The position numbers were made by a program, and so were the translations under genes. The notes under the pieces are model-generated. The model worked only from the letters and a program-made list of their open reading frames with translations, was not told the origin of the DNA and made no database searches. A DNA stretch of 32,542 bases, taken from the NCBI GenBank assembly GCA_049999805.1, contig JBNGIO010003805.1, positions 1-32,542 on the forward strand. Direction: 5' to 3'. Shown piece by piece: positions 19,076 to 29,603 of this stretch. The stretch comes from Folioceros fuciformis. Its lineage: Eukaryota. Numbering within the stretch: position 1 is the first letter of the stretch; the number at the start of each line of letters is the position of its first letter.

Positions 19076-21059
19076 TCACAAGTCAGAATCGAACCCAATG
19101 TTCCAATATCCATCCGGGGTTGATGGGGGAGCGTATCTGTAACGGTGCCTCGAGACTTGGTCATAATGCTCACAACGGTTTAAAAGGGTACCATTCGCAT
19201 CCCCGACAAAAATCGCATCGTAAAACCTCGTGCACTGCTTGCAAGAAGCTCCAGGCAGTGCTTCTCTGTCCCTCTTCTTCCTCGCGGGTTCCACGTATTT
19301 GAAGTCCACAGCCTGACATCTTTGTTTCTGTTTCACGGCATGGCTATCCCCTGGCATCAACTTCGTTTGCTTTTCTTCGGCAAGTTCAACTGCAGGGTCA
19401 GCAACAATTGGCACGACTTCATTGGAAGTATCAAATTCAGTGTTAGCAACAATTGGCAAATGTGTTTTGCCCACATCCTCGACCATCCCATTTTCCCTTG
19501 GTACCGAGCCCGCAGTTGGACCAGGTTTCTGAGCCTTGGAATTCTTGACCTGAGTAGATTCCCCTTGAGGCGATGCTACCAAGCACGTATCATTGATAGC
19601 CCCTTGGCCATCCTTCCTGTGTCGAGCTGTGGCAATTTTTTGCAACGCAGACACCAGTTTGCTGGAACCACGGTTGGCTCCAAGCCAGTTCTTGTAAATT
19701 GCCTCATCCTGAGGCAGTCGTGCAGGGATCCCTCCATCTTCATCAGCATTCAGGGCTGCGAGATCGCGAGCTGTGTCAAGAAAATCATCATGGGGATCCA
19801 AAGCGCAACCAGGGGAACGCACTCGGGTGTTTTTCCAGGGCCTTTCCTTCGTTCTTACGCGTGAAAGAAGCTCCACCTTGTCTGCAGCCTTGGCCCTCTC
19901 GCCTGAACGTGTCTCTCTGAATGCGTTTGCAGATCCAGCACGTGGCTGCACCACGTTAGACTCATTCTTCACAAGCTGGCCAGTGGCAGATAGTGACTGG
20001 TGTAATCCTTTTTGGACCAGGGAGTTATACTGTCTACAAACATTATGGTACATGCGCTTCCAACGGCGTATCTGCTCTGCTGTTGCACAGCTATTCCCCC
20101 GAGCCTCGGATGACCGTGCTTCGCAGATTTTCTCCAAAGATTGCTGCAGTTTCATTTTCTCCGAAAGTAAGTCTTCGATTTGTGTTGAAAGTTGCTCCTG
20201 CTGAATGGTTAGCCTGATGCTCTTTTCCTTCTCTTCCACATGTCTCTCTGTGGTCAAACTGAGCTTCTGGCTAAGCTCATCATTAGCATGAAGGAGCTCT
20301 CTGTTCGATGTCTCTAATGTTTGGATCCTTTCAACAAGCTCCTTCTTCTCCTCTTCAATCTTCTGGAGGCTCTTCCTCCCCATCTCAAATGTCTGAATCC
20401 TTTCCACAAGCTCTTTTCTATCCTTTTCAAAATTCTGCAGGCCCTTGCTCGCCATCTCAAGTTCCTGGATCCTTTGCAGAAGTCCTCTCTTCTCCTCTTC
20501 AAGCTTCTGCAGATTCTTACTCAATTGACCGTGTTCCTCTGACAGCTTGCCATACTCCGACTTCAGCTGCTCCTCCTCGGACAAATATTGCAGAAGCAAC
20601 CCTTCTTGCAAATTCGCCGCTTGTTGAAGCTTTGAGTTAGACTCCCGCAGCTGCTCCCGTGAAGATTCACTTTCCTGCAGAGGAGAACGCATCTGATGCT
20701 AGTGCACGGCACAAACTGCCGGGAAGAAACAACCAGAAACCCACAGAAAACGGAAAGAAAATAGTCACCTGAAGGTCGTGTCGCAGAGTTTGTCTCTCTC
20801 GTTCCCATGCTCTTTTGGCAGCCTCCAGCTCTTGTTCCAAACTCCTGCATGTTGCCTGCTGACGCCTTAAACCCGGATAGATGTCTTCCAGGAATGCCTG
20901 CTGTATTAAGTTGATACGAACATGGGCCTCACTGACCTGACCTTTAGCTTGGTCTGTCAAGGCAAAAAAGGCAGCACACAGCTTGGTGTTCAATTGCGCG
21001 GTGACATGTGTGCCCTGCTTCGTGTCTGCCATTTCGGCCAGCGGTGGCTCGATCTCCAT
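19076..21059 (-). CDS. COM1: COM1/SAE2/CtIP homologue (GAMMA RESPONSE 1), ~629 aa
   Basis: Exons 21059-20769 and 20674-19076. N-terminal coiled coil; C-terminal SAE2 domain FKYVEPARKKRDREALPGASCKQCTRFY...VSRHRYRYAPPSTPDGYWNIGF (CxxC and RHR motifs). Confidence 0.92.
20297..20512 (-). repeat. Intragenic 3 x 72-bp (24-aa) repeat in the COM1 coiled coil
   Basis: LQKLEEEKRGLLQRIQELEMASKG / LQNFEKDRKELVERIQTFEMGRKS / LQKIEEEKKELVERIQTLETSNRE. Confidence 0.85.
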
Positions 21060-21495
21060 AACCTAAAAGTGGTCGTGCCTAAAGCAATGCAAGTCAGCTA
21101 GAAGCACATTCCAGCCCGAGGAAGCAACTGGACGAAGGCACAATGGCACCAACTCCATGAAATCCTTGCCCCGCCTGCAGCTGCGAACTCTAATCCTGGC
21201 TATCTGGTACGCGGAATAAGCTGCATCTTGTTGTTGTCCACGCTGTCCTTCAGAAAGACGTGGCGCACATTTATCGATATTCAATTCAAAACATTTGGGC
21301 GCCAATTGTCTCGAGCGAACCAACTGTGCTCGGTTCGAAGCAACGTCCATTCACCCTTGCGGTTCGAACTCCATGCTTTGTTTTGTTGACAGGACGGGCT
21401 TCAGAGTGTGCAAGTAGGCTTCGAGCGGATCAGACCATCGTCGGGATCTTCGTGCTTCACTACGCAATTTGACGAGCTTCCGGGAGGGATAAACC
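21060..21495. promoter_or_regulatory. Putative bidirectional promoter of COM1 and SHOC1, with an E2F-like site
   Basis: Divergent ATGs at 21059 (-) and 21496 (+). GCGCCAAT at 21299-21306 (ATTGGCGC on -) fits the plant E2F consensus WTTSSCSS. Confidence 0.6.
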
Positions 21496-24400
21496 ATGCG
21501 TTTGCGGTTCCTGAATGTCGACTACTATGAGGAGAAACCGAAGCAGGTTTGGGAGGAGCAAGATAAGCTCCTCCCCCCTATCTCAAAGGATGATCTGACT
21601 GCCGCTATGGTGCTGTCTCCTCTGCATTTTAGTGCAATAAATGCAAGAGCGGGTTTGTTTGAAGGAAGGAATGTGCACCTAAAGGCCCTGCGACCTGAGA
21701 AGCGGTCGCCGTTCTTATCTTCCTCAACCTGCTTACCTGCTGAAACATTTCTGTCGGACGTTCCATCCAGAGAGGAGAGTTTAGGCGACAAAAAATCGGA
21801 TGTTCTCTGGTGTGCTCGAAGCGAACTGAGGGACGTTTGCCCTGGCCATTTTGATTCTGTAGAGGCGTCAATCGACAAGACTCGGTCTGTCAATATTGAG
21901 AAAGAAGGATCTGTTGATTTTGCCAGGCGCCACTGGAGTCCTTTGTCCTCCTGTTTAGAAGGAGATGGCTGGCAAGAATTGGAAGTAAATGTAAGGTGTC
22001 ATTCGAGATTCCCGGGCTAGGTTGAATCCACTCGTCTGGCAAAAACCTCCGTGCCTTCTGCAGTCAGAGTAGGCGTTGTTCTGTATGAGCAGGTCAAAAA
22101 AACATTTGCTGTGTCAGCACGTTTCTGGTTGTCCGTTAAGGTCCATCGTTTTCCCATTTCTCTCTATGGTCAGAACCTGTTAGATCGTCGACGATGTTTG
22201 GGACGAGGATAAGTATGCTAAGCAATGCTGTTGTTTCATTCTGCGAGTTCATAATTTGTGGCAGTCCTGGTGAATAATCTTCCTCGTATTCTGTTGGTTT
22301 AACAGGGATATCATGCTGCTCCGGATGGACTACCCCGAACAATGAAAACATCTGATTTGAAAGTCAGTTTCGGTATGCTGGAAAACGTGGCACCCTCTGC
22401 TGTGCTGTCAACGAGTTTCAAGAATCATTACGCTGCTGCTTCCCAGCCTCCCGCTGTGGCTTCCGGGGCAGCATGTTATAGTCAAACTTATGATGGTGGA
22501 GATTTTCTGGTTTCAGAGAGTATTCTTGGCCAAGTGGATGTCAATTCCCTTAGTGGACCAAAGTTATCGGACCTGAACAATTCGGGCAAGATCATGCTGG
22601 AGCGGGACTTGCACGCTGTTCACAACAAGACATACGAAGAAAGCGTCCAGATGCAATTAGCTGTTGATGAGCCACTTTCTCTCTTATCAGACTGGCTACA
22701 AGAAAACGACAGCAGTGAGGATTTACGAGGTAGATTTGTTCCGAAACAGGTTCTATTTGACTTTGACTTATGCAACAGCTCACTTGATTTGTGGGCCACT
22801 AAACTTTTCTTGTTTTAGTTCATGGAAGGTTGCTTGGGTCGACTGCTGATGAGACTACTGCACCTGATCTGGAAGGGTCAGAGTTTGATGTGGCTTCTGT
22901 GGTACTCACTTACCCTTGATGTCCGATTTGGTTTTGCGTTGTTTACCTTTGTCTGGGAGGAGAATTGGTGACCTTTTATTGAGAGTATTTCCGTAAAGGT
23001 CTTGAGAATGGAAGCTAACTGTCTTCGTCTTTGGGACGCCCAAGAGCAGACTGGAGTGCAACAGAGCAAACCTCAACGAGGGGAGGAGTGTGCTCCTAAA
23101 ACAAGTGATGGCACATTCAATAATGATATGGCCCTCGCCTTTGTGGGTCCCCCCGTGGTTGGAAGCCTTGGGGACACTGAAATAAACGAGACCCCAAGTT
23201 CATGTTTGACTTACGTTGACCAGATGAAGGTCTGCTGCAATGTGAGGAAGACGCAAGATGCCTGCGTCCAGGATACAAGCTCTGATACAGATGTGGAGGT
23301 TGAAGACGCTGTCCTCTCCAAAGAGGTGGCAGACCTGTCGTGCAGGAATCATGTCATCATTGAGCTGTCTGAGAAAGATGTTCACACTGACCATGTTAAG
23401 GTCCTGAAGAACCGTAACGTGGTCCCCGTGGCCACCTGTTTGTCAAACTCTATGGACTTTGCGGATGATCTCAATTGTATGATACGTCGTCAGAATACTG
23501 ACGGCCTTGCTCCTGCTCAAGGGAACGAGCCAGACGTTGCAATCGCTTTGGCGATCCCAGATGACCTTGGGGGAGGAGAAAGCACTTCTAGCAACTTGAA
23601 TACAGCGTCTGATGACTTGGCTAGTGACAGTGCACGGTTTTGTCCCGGCGGCCCGGAGCCTGAGTATGATGAGCACTGCACCTTAAACAATTCAGTGGAA
23701 GTTCAACAACCGCTGGGAAGCTCGTTGCTAGTGGCACACTGCGCAGGAGTGGACAGCATTCCAAGCGTCGACCAGTGTAGCGTACCCGGCATCATTTATC
23801 TTAACGAGGATGTGGAGAACACTCAGGTGAAAATTAACAGAAATTGCTCTGATGGGATTTCCAGGAAACCTGACGACCGTAAAATTCAGTGCATCGAGGG
23901 GGATACAAGGGTGGTTGCCAACTTGAGTGGTTCTAAGACCCCCCGCGCGCCTTCTGATCTTGATATGGTCAAGAATCATACTACTGGGATCATAACTAAC
24001 AGCGAGGATGGAGTGCACTGCAAGAGGGCAAAAATTAGTCCTGAGTTCATTCTCGAACAGGAAGCAACGATGGTATCCCCTGGCACTTCCGAGAGCCTCC
24101 AGAGAACATGTATGAGCCAAGAGTTAGCATTCTTTGTGGAGGCAAGGAGAGGCAGTCTAGGAACGAGTTCAGGGTCAGCTCAACATCACAAGCTACAAGA
24201 CCACACATGTAACATGATGGCAAGCGATACGAATTTTAATTACAAGCGGACCGGAAGCTGGTCGCAAGTTCACTGTTCTTCTCCCGAAATTCCTAATATC
24301 GAAGGCTCTTACCATGAGCACGAGGTTAAAGTTCCAAGTCCCATAATGAGCATAGTTTGTTGCCTACAATCGGAGTACATCAAGATTCTGGAAGCCAATG

Positions 24401-27400
24401 ACAAAATCTTGAGGAAGAGCAATAGCGGTTGCAGGGTTCCGACGAAACTGACAGGTGACCCAAACTTACTGTCAGCTCTTTTATGTGACGTAAAGGAAGC
24501 TACATCTAGGAGGGATCCACCTCAGGTCTTGAGGGCGCTCCTTTGCCTTCTGGTGCTACAGCAGACCTCAAGAATCCTGTGCAGTCAAGGTGCACGAGTT
24601 GCTTACCACTATTTAGAAAGCATAGTGAGGTCCACGAACTGTGCGCGTCTCAGTTTTTTAGACCCGTGGGTCCTGGAGCCTCGTAAGATGTTGCAACAGA
24701 CGAGCCACAAAGTGGAGTTGGGTCAATCAGAAGAACATCCCAAGTTGATCATCCTGAAGAAAATACTACAGGGAACGTTTGGAGTGGACTTGAAAAGCAA
24801 TCCGAATCGGCCGAAGCCAAAGGGGCTCATTTTGGCTGAACGAAGAGTGTTCTTCACACTTCACAATGGCCTACATAGTCTGGGACTAAAGGCCCTCGAG
24901 GTCGACACCGGAGAAGCCCTTCTGCAGCATGGGGACCTTATTCAAGACAAGATAGGGCATTTGCATCTGGAGATTCAGCAAGCTTTATCATCCTTCGACT
25001 GTGTCCTGTTGCCTTACACGTAAGTGTTCCAGTGCACCGTTGCTGCACATTTATTTCCATCTTGTTCTGATGCATTCTCTGGGCAACAGGTACCTCAACG
25101 CGCACTTTCCCTTGGTAATCTTCTCAGTCATCATACAATATGATGAGATACCATTTTCCTTGGACACTCGAAGTGAAGTTGGTCGGTTGTTGAGTAGAGC
25201 ACAGTGCTGCAGACATGTACTGAAGGTTGCCCAAGTGCATCCTGCCAAGGAAGCATTCAACAAAGTGAGCAGCCAGCTTGCTTATCATACGACCCTTTCC
25301 ATTCATCGGTCTTCGTCGTTGTCTCAACATGACGGGTTCATGTGCAGAACACAAGCCAGCAAACCAGACAGCCAAGCACCTCCAGGACGTGCTCAACGAC
25401 AACCACCGAACGACCCCTGTGCGACCCTCATGTACTGCATGCTATCTGGACAAATTCTTCGGGGTGCTTTGTCATGTTTGCACGATATTTGAGCTAAGTT
25501 CTCCTCTGTTCTGGTGCCTATAGGGAACGTGTCATCTGGAAACGTTGTCGAGATGCCAGGACGGTCAAATTTTAGAGTCAAACGGGACGAAGATTTCCCC
25601 TACTGCTGCAGCTCAGTCGCAAAACCACCATGCAAGATCGTTGGCAGCTCGAATGAAATCAAGTCAAAGTACCGTCCAGAGAACAACGAAGTGCATTTAC
25701 AATCCACATACTTGGGTTTTCAGAGACTGCGAGATGATACTTGTTGTCAACTCAGGACGGACCTCGGATAGGAGGATACGCAGCTTGTGCCAGGGAATCA
25801 TAATACGGGAGGACGAGAACTTGCAAGTTGTGGAAAGGGAGATGACCGTTCCAGTTGATCTCATATTGAGTGCAGCAACGTGCCTCACAGTATACACTCC
25901 CGAAAGATTGAACGACCATATCCGCTGGGGCACCATAAGACCGGGACCGGAAGCCATATTATGCGAGAATATGAAGGCAATGAGTCTCTGTTTCCACGTC
26001 AGTGTAATGGTAACGTCCTCCACATGATATGCATCGGTTGTCTAGCATGTTATTGGCTGTTACGCTGTCCTGGGGTACATTGTGCAGATATTTCAAGGAC
26101 CCACGTCGTTCACGGCCGCGGCTCTACAACTTTCGGACAACCTGTATTCTTCAGCGGTGGCATTAGGCATTAAAGTGCAATGCTTTGTCTCCAACTCCGA
26201 GAACTCCACTTCAAACATCATCAAGGGCTGCGTTGAAGCTGTTAGAAGGACCAGAAAGTTGGAATTATACTCAGTCATGCCAGACACACCAACGGTGGAG
26301 GAGAACGTCCTGACAAAGTTTCCATGTATCAATCATCTCTCAGCACATGCCATATTGTCATGCGGCGTCTCCTTGACTAGGTTCCTTTCGCTTTCCTACG
26401 AGCAGCAAGTTGAGGCCACACAGGCTTTTGATGTCCCCCCTAACAGCCTTCTTCTATTCAAGGGCCAGTATCAGTCCCGGAATCATATGATCAACGACAG
26501 GTCAGCTACTATTCCCACGGGAATTACCACAGCCCCGGAGCATGAGTCAAGCAGAAGAAATTACGACAGGGGTTTTAAGGAGCAGTATGTCAGAAGCTCA
26601 GGTGATATTCAAGCAGCACATCTTGACGAGTTACACACTGAGAACCAAGGTATTCGTGTCCGTCTTCCACCCATGCAGACGTTATACGGCGCAAGCTCTC
26701 CCCGTAGCTGTCTGAGCGGCATCAAAGGACAAGCTGTGGGAACGACCTACCAGAGCGGTGCCACTATAGAAACACACAGCATGGCAAGGAAGTATGATGC
26801 AGATATTGAGCCATCGTCCCATGACTATGCAGAGTTTAAACGATGCTATGGTCTTGCCTCCGATGATGTGGTGAGTCAGCTTACCTCCGAACACCTTGCG
26901 GCAGAGGACCACGACAGTAGCTTCCCATTCTTCCCTCCTGCATGCATTATCAACGGGGAAATGAATACTCAGATAGAAGAAGATGAAGAGAGGGTAGCAC
27001 CTGCACTGTGTCAGTATGAGGACCAAGCAACAACCGCAAGTGCCCACCTCCGACAACAACCTTGTGTGGCAACCTTCAGTATGCCTACGTCGAATAGCAT
27101 ACAAGACCCTCAAAGTGCCATAGACGACTGGATTAGAGCAGACAAAATGGAAAGGATCCCACTCACATGTTCAGCTAGAGCTGCGCCCAGTAGGAAGAAA
27201 AAAGGCTATATTGCACCTCAAAACAGTTCAACCCCTTCACAGACAACTTACAAACCTCGACCAGTATCTCACAATCTGTCTCCAGGTATCACTCCTTCTA
27301 AGGTAAGAGCAGTTGTGAACCCGAGTGGTTTAGACCTGTTCCGACATGACACCAGAGAAGCACACCTACTTGCACCGAAAATGTTCAGACAGACAAAGCT

Positions 27401-27706
27401 ACCATTCGCACAGTTTTCCCCGAGCCCTCATAAGCGGGGAGTGCAGTCAGCCAGTCCAATGAGATCATGGAGACCTATGGACAAGAGGGCGAAGGAGGTA
27501 CAATGTTTACTCTGCATTGCAGTAAGTCATTCATCCTGTATGCTGCTGAACTTCCCCGGCTAATACTGACAATGCCTTGTCAACAGGTCTTGACCTATCA
27601 TAAGATGGGCCAGGAAAGTCAAAGTCACCTAATCTGGGAAGAACAGGCTGGTTCTGGCACTCCGAAGCGCACTATGGTGGGCAGCGTGTCCAGACGTTTC
27701 TACTGA
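21496..27706 (+). CDS. SHOC1: SHORTAGE IN CHIASMATA 1 (Zip2/XPF-like ZMM crossover factor), multi-exon
   Basis: N-terminus MRLRFLNVDYY (family MRTRFLNIDYF), EEHPKL, FPLVIFSVIIQY, XPF-like VVEREMTVPVDLILSAATCL, HhH region LTKFPCINHLSAHAILS and C-terminal WRPMDKRAKE/VLTY...QSHLIW. Confident introns are 25020-25089, 26010-26087 and 27498-27586. Junctions in 21985-23000 and 25230-25545 are unresolved. Confidence 0.85.
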
Positions 27707-27797
27707 CCCTCCTGTCCTTCAAAAGTATGTATGAACTAACACTGGCCATCGATGATCTAGCCTCATCTCAAAGAACTGGGGGAGATTGCTTACTCCA

Positions 27798-29165
27798 TTA
27801 AGGTACAAAATCCAAGGCATCCTTGTACTTGAAAGTGGGAGGGGGCTCTGGGCCAAAGGTATCCCAAGGTGACTCGATGAACAGAAGCTTCCTGATCCGA
27901 TTCCTCAGGATGGGTACCTACGATAGCAGAATCCATCCACATTGTGCTCTTCAGACTAACCATCGAGCTGTTTTTTTAGCAGGAGTAAGGGCTTGAGAGG
28001 GAAAAGATGTGATGCACCAACCTCTTCCCACCTCAATGCCTGCCTCAATGCATCCAGCCTTTGCCGGTTTCTACCGTAGTCCCCATAATCCACAGCACGA
28101 GATGCGGATCGGATGCAGACAGTGGCATCTGATGACGGATCACTAAACAAGAACTCGACATCATCCATCACCCCATCATTATCGCGGAAAGTGGCATGGA
28201 TGTACCTGAAGAGGAAGGATCATTGAGCATCTTGAAGTAGGCAACCAGGCAGGACCCTTCCAGACATAAGAGTGGGTATGGTGTACCTATTTGCATCCTC
28301 CTGGACTGTAGCACCTGCCTTTCTGAGCTCCTCTTTCAGCTGTGTGGAAGCAGCAAGCAGTTCCCCTGGAAATTCCCAGGGCGCAACAAAGAAGATGGGC
28401 CTGAAGACATGGCATGATGCTTCGGTGACTGAGGATACACTTCTTGCTACGAGCCGCACATCTCGTAGAAGGCAACACTAACCTGTCGTCGAATGAAGAC
28501 AGGCAATTGGCTACAGAGTTGCATGAACCCAGTGTCTCATCCACTACACCAATGCAGGTAGCGCAGTTTCCTGTGCCAGGCTCCACCTGTTCTTTGAGCT
28601 GCTCCCATGGAAGCCTTACCAAGCCCACTGGTTGAAGCTCGGCAGCGTGAGCGCCGGCTGCAGCCATACTCACATGCAGCAGCAAAACTGCGGCAAATTT
28701 TGCCACCCTCGAGCTTGCCCACGCAAAACGTTGCAATGCAGAAATGCATTGTCTGGCCTTGACCTGCTCGATATCGGGGCCAAGGGGGGCCTTCCGGGTT
28801 TCCCATTCCTTTGCAGAGACGAGACGAGCGGTGATACAGGAGGAGGTCCTTCCACGTTTCGTGAGGTTGAGCAGCCTGAAAAATGCGTCCCGGCCGGATG
28901 GCCCATCTATCTTCAAGCCTGTTCGAGGCTGAGCTTGGAGGACATTCTGTTTTCCCTTACATTCACTTCCTGCTATCCAGGGCATCACCGAGGCCGGAAC
29001 TCCCGATTGGGTGTGAGGACAAGTAGTGTAAGCGATGCCACTCATGCTTGCACCGTGGGTAAGGTTCATGTTGTGGACAGGATCAAGATAGGGCACGTAG
29101 CTGGAGGTGGGTGCGCTGATCGCAAAAACTGCGATGCTGACGACATGGCGCATGTAACGGAGCAT
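27798..29165 (-). CDS. DUF1499-family protein, probably plastid/thylakoid-targeted
   Basis: Exons (start uncertain, at or below 29165)-28483, 28400-28287, 28205-28022 and 27917-27798 splice in frame. They give LGSCNSVANCLSSFDDRPIFFVAPWEF, RYIHATF, DDVEFLF, IRSASR..DYGRNRQRLDALRQAL and VPILRNR...ESPWDTFGP. A hydrophobic segment ending AHA precedes the domain. Confidence 0.8.
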
Positions 29166-29603
29166 TTGAGAAAGAGCTTGAGTGAAAGGCTTCTTCTGTT
29201 TGATTCTGACTCCAGAGCACTTATGTATTCAGTTATTTTTCGAAAAAAACGGATGGCTATGTGCTTCAGGAATCTCTGGCGATTGGCTCTCGTGGCTTGT
29301 TACTGGGCCTCCTAGCGTAGATGCCTCTCTCCTTGTGGAGTTGGGGCATCGGAGGCGCAGTTTAGACGCGTCCGTAGACAGGTCTATGCGCACGGCTTTC
29401 CAGCCGTAGCAACCCAATGAATATCTCCGCCTCGCACGCATGTACATAACACCACCGAGAATAATTTTGTATTCGGGAAACTGAATTTCAAAAGCCACGA
29501 TTAATAATTGTGTCTACGGGGTTAACGGTGACCCCGCTACCGACGTGGTGTACGAGCCACCGGCGGCCGCGTTGGAATGCATCTTTGAACCGTTCCTGCG
29601 GGC

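Noticed and set aside
19322-20640. Plus-strand ORFs (for example 19322..19864, 19773..20204)
   Set aside because: Antisense shadows of the COM1 coding exon.
21330-21375. tRNA or Pol III B-box (GGTTCGAACTCC)
   Set aside because: No cloverleaf stems or properly spaced A-box.
28632-29315. 227-aa plus-strand ORF
   Set aside because: Antisense to the DUF1499 gene, non-ATG start, no recognisable domain.
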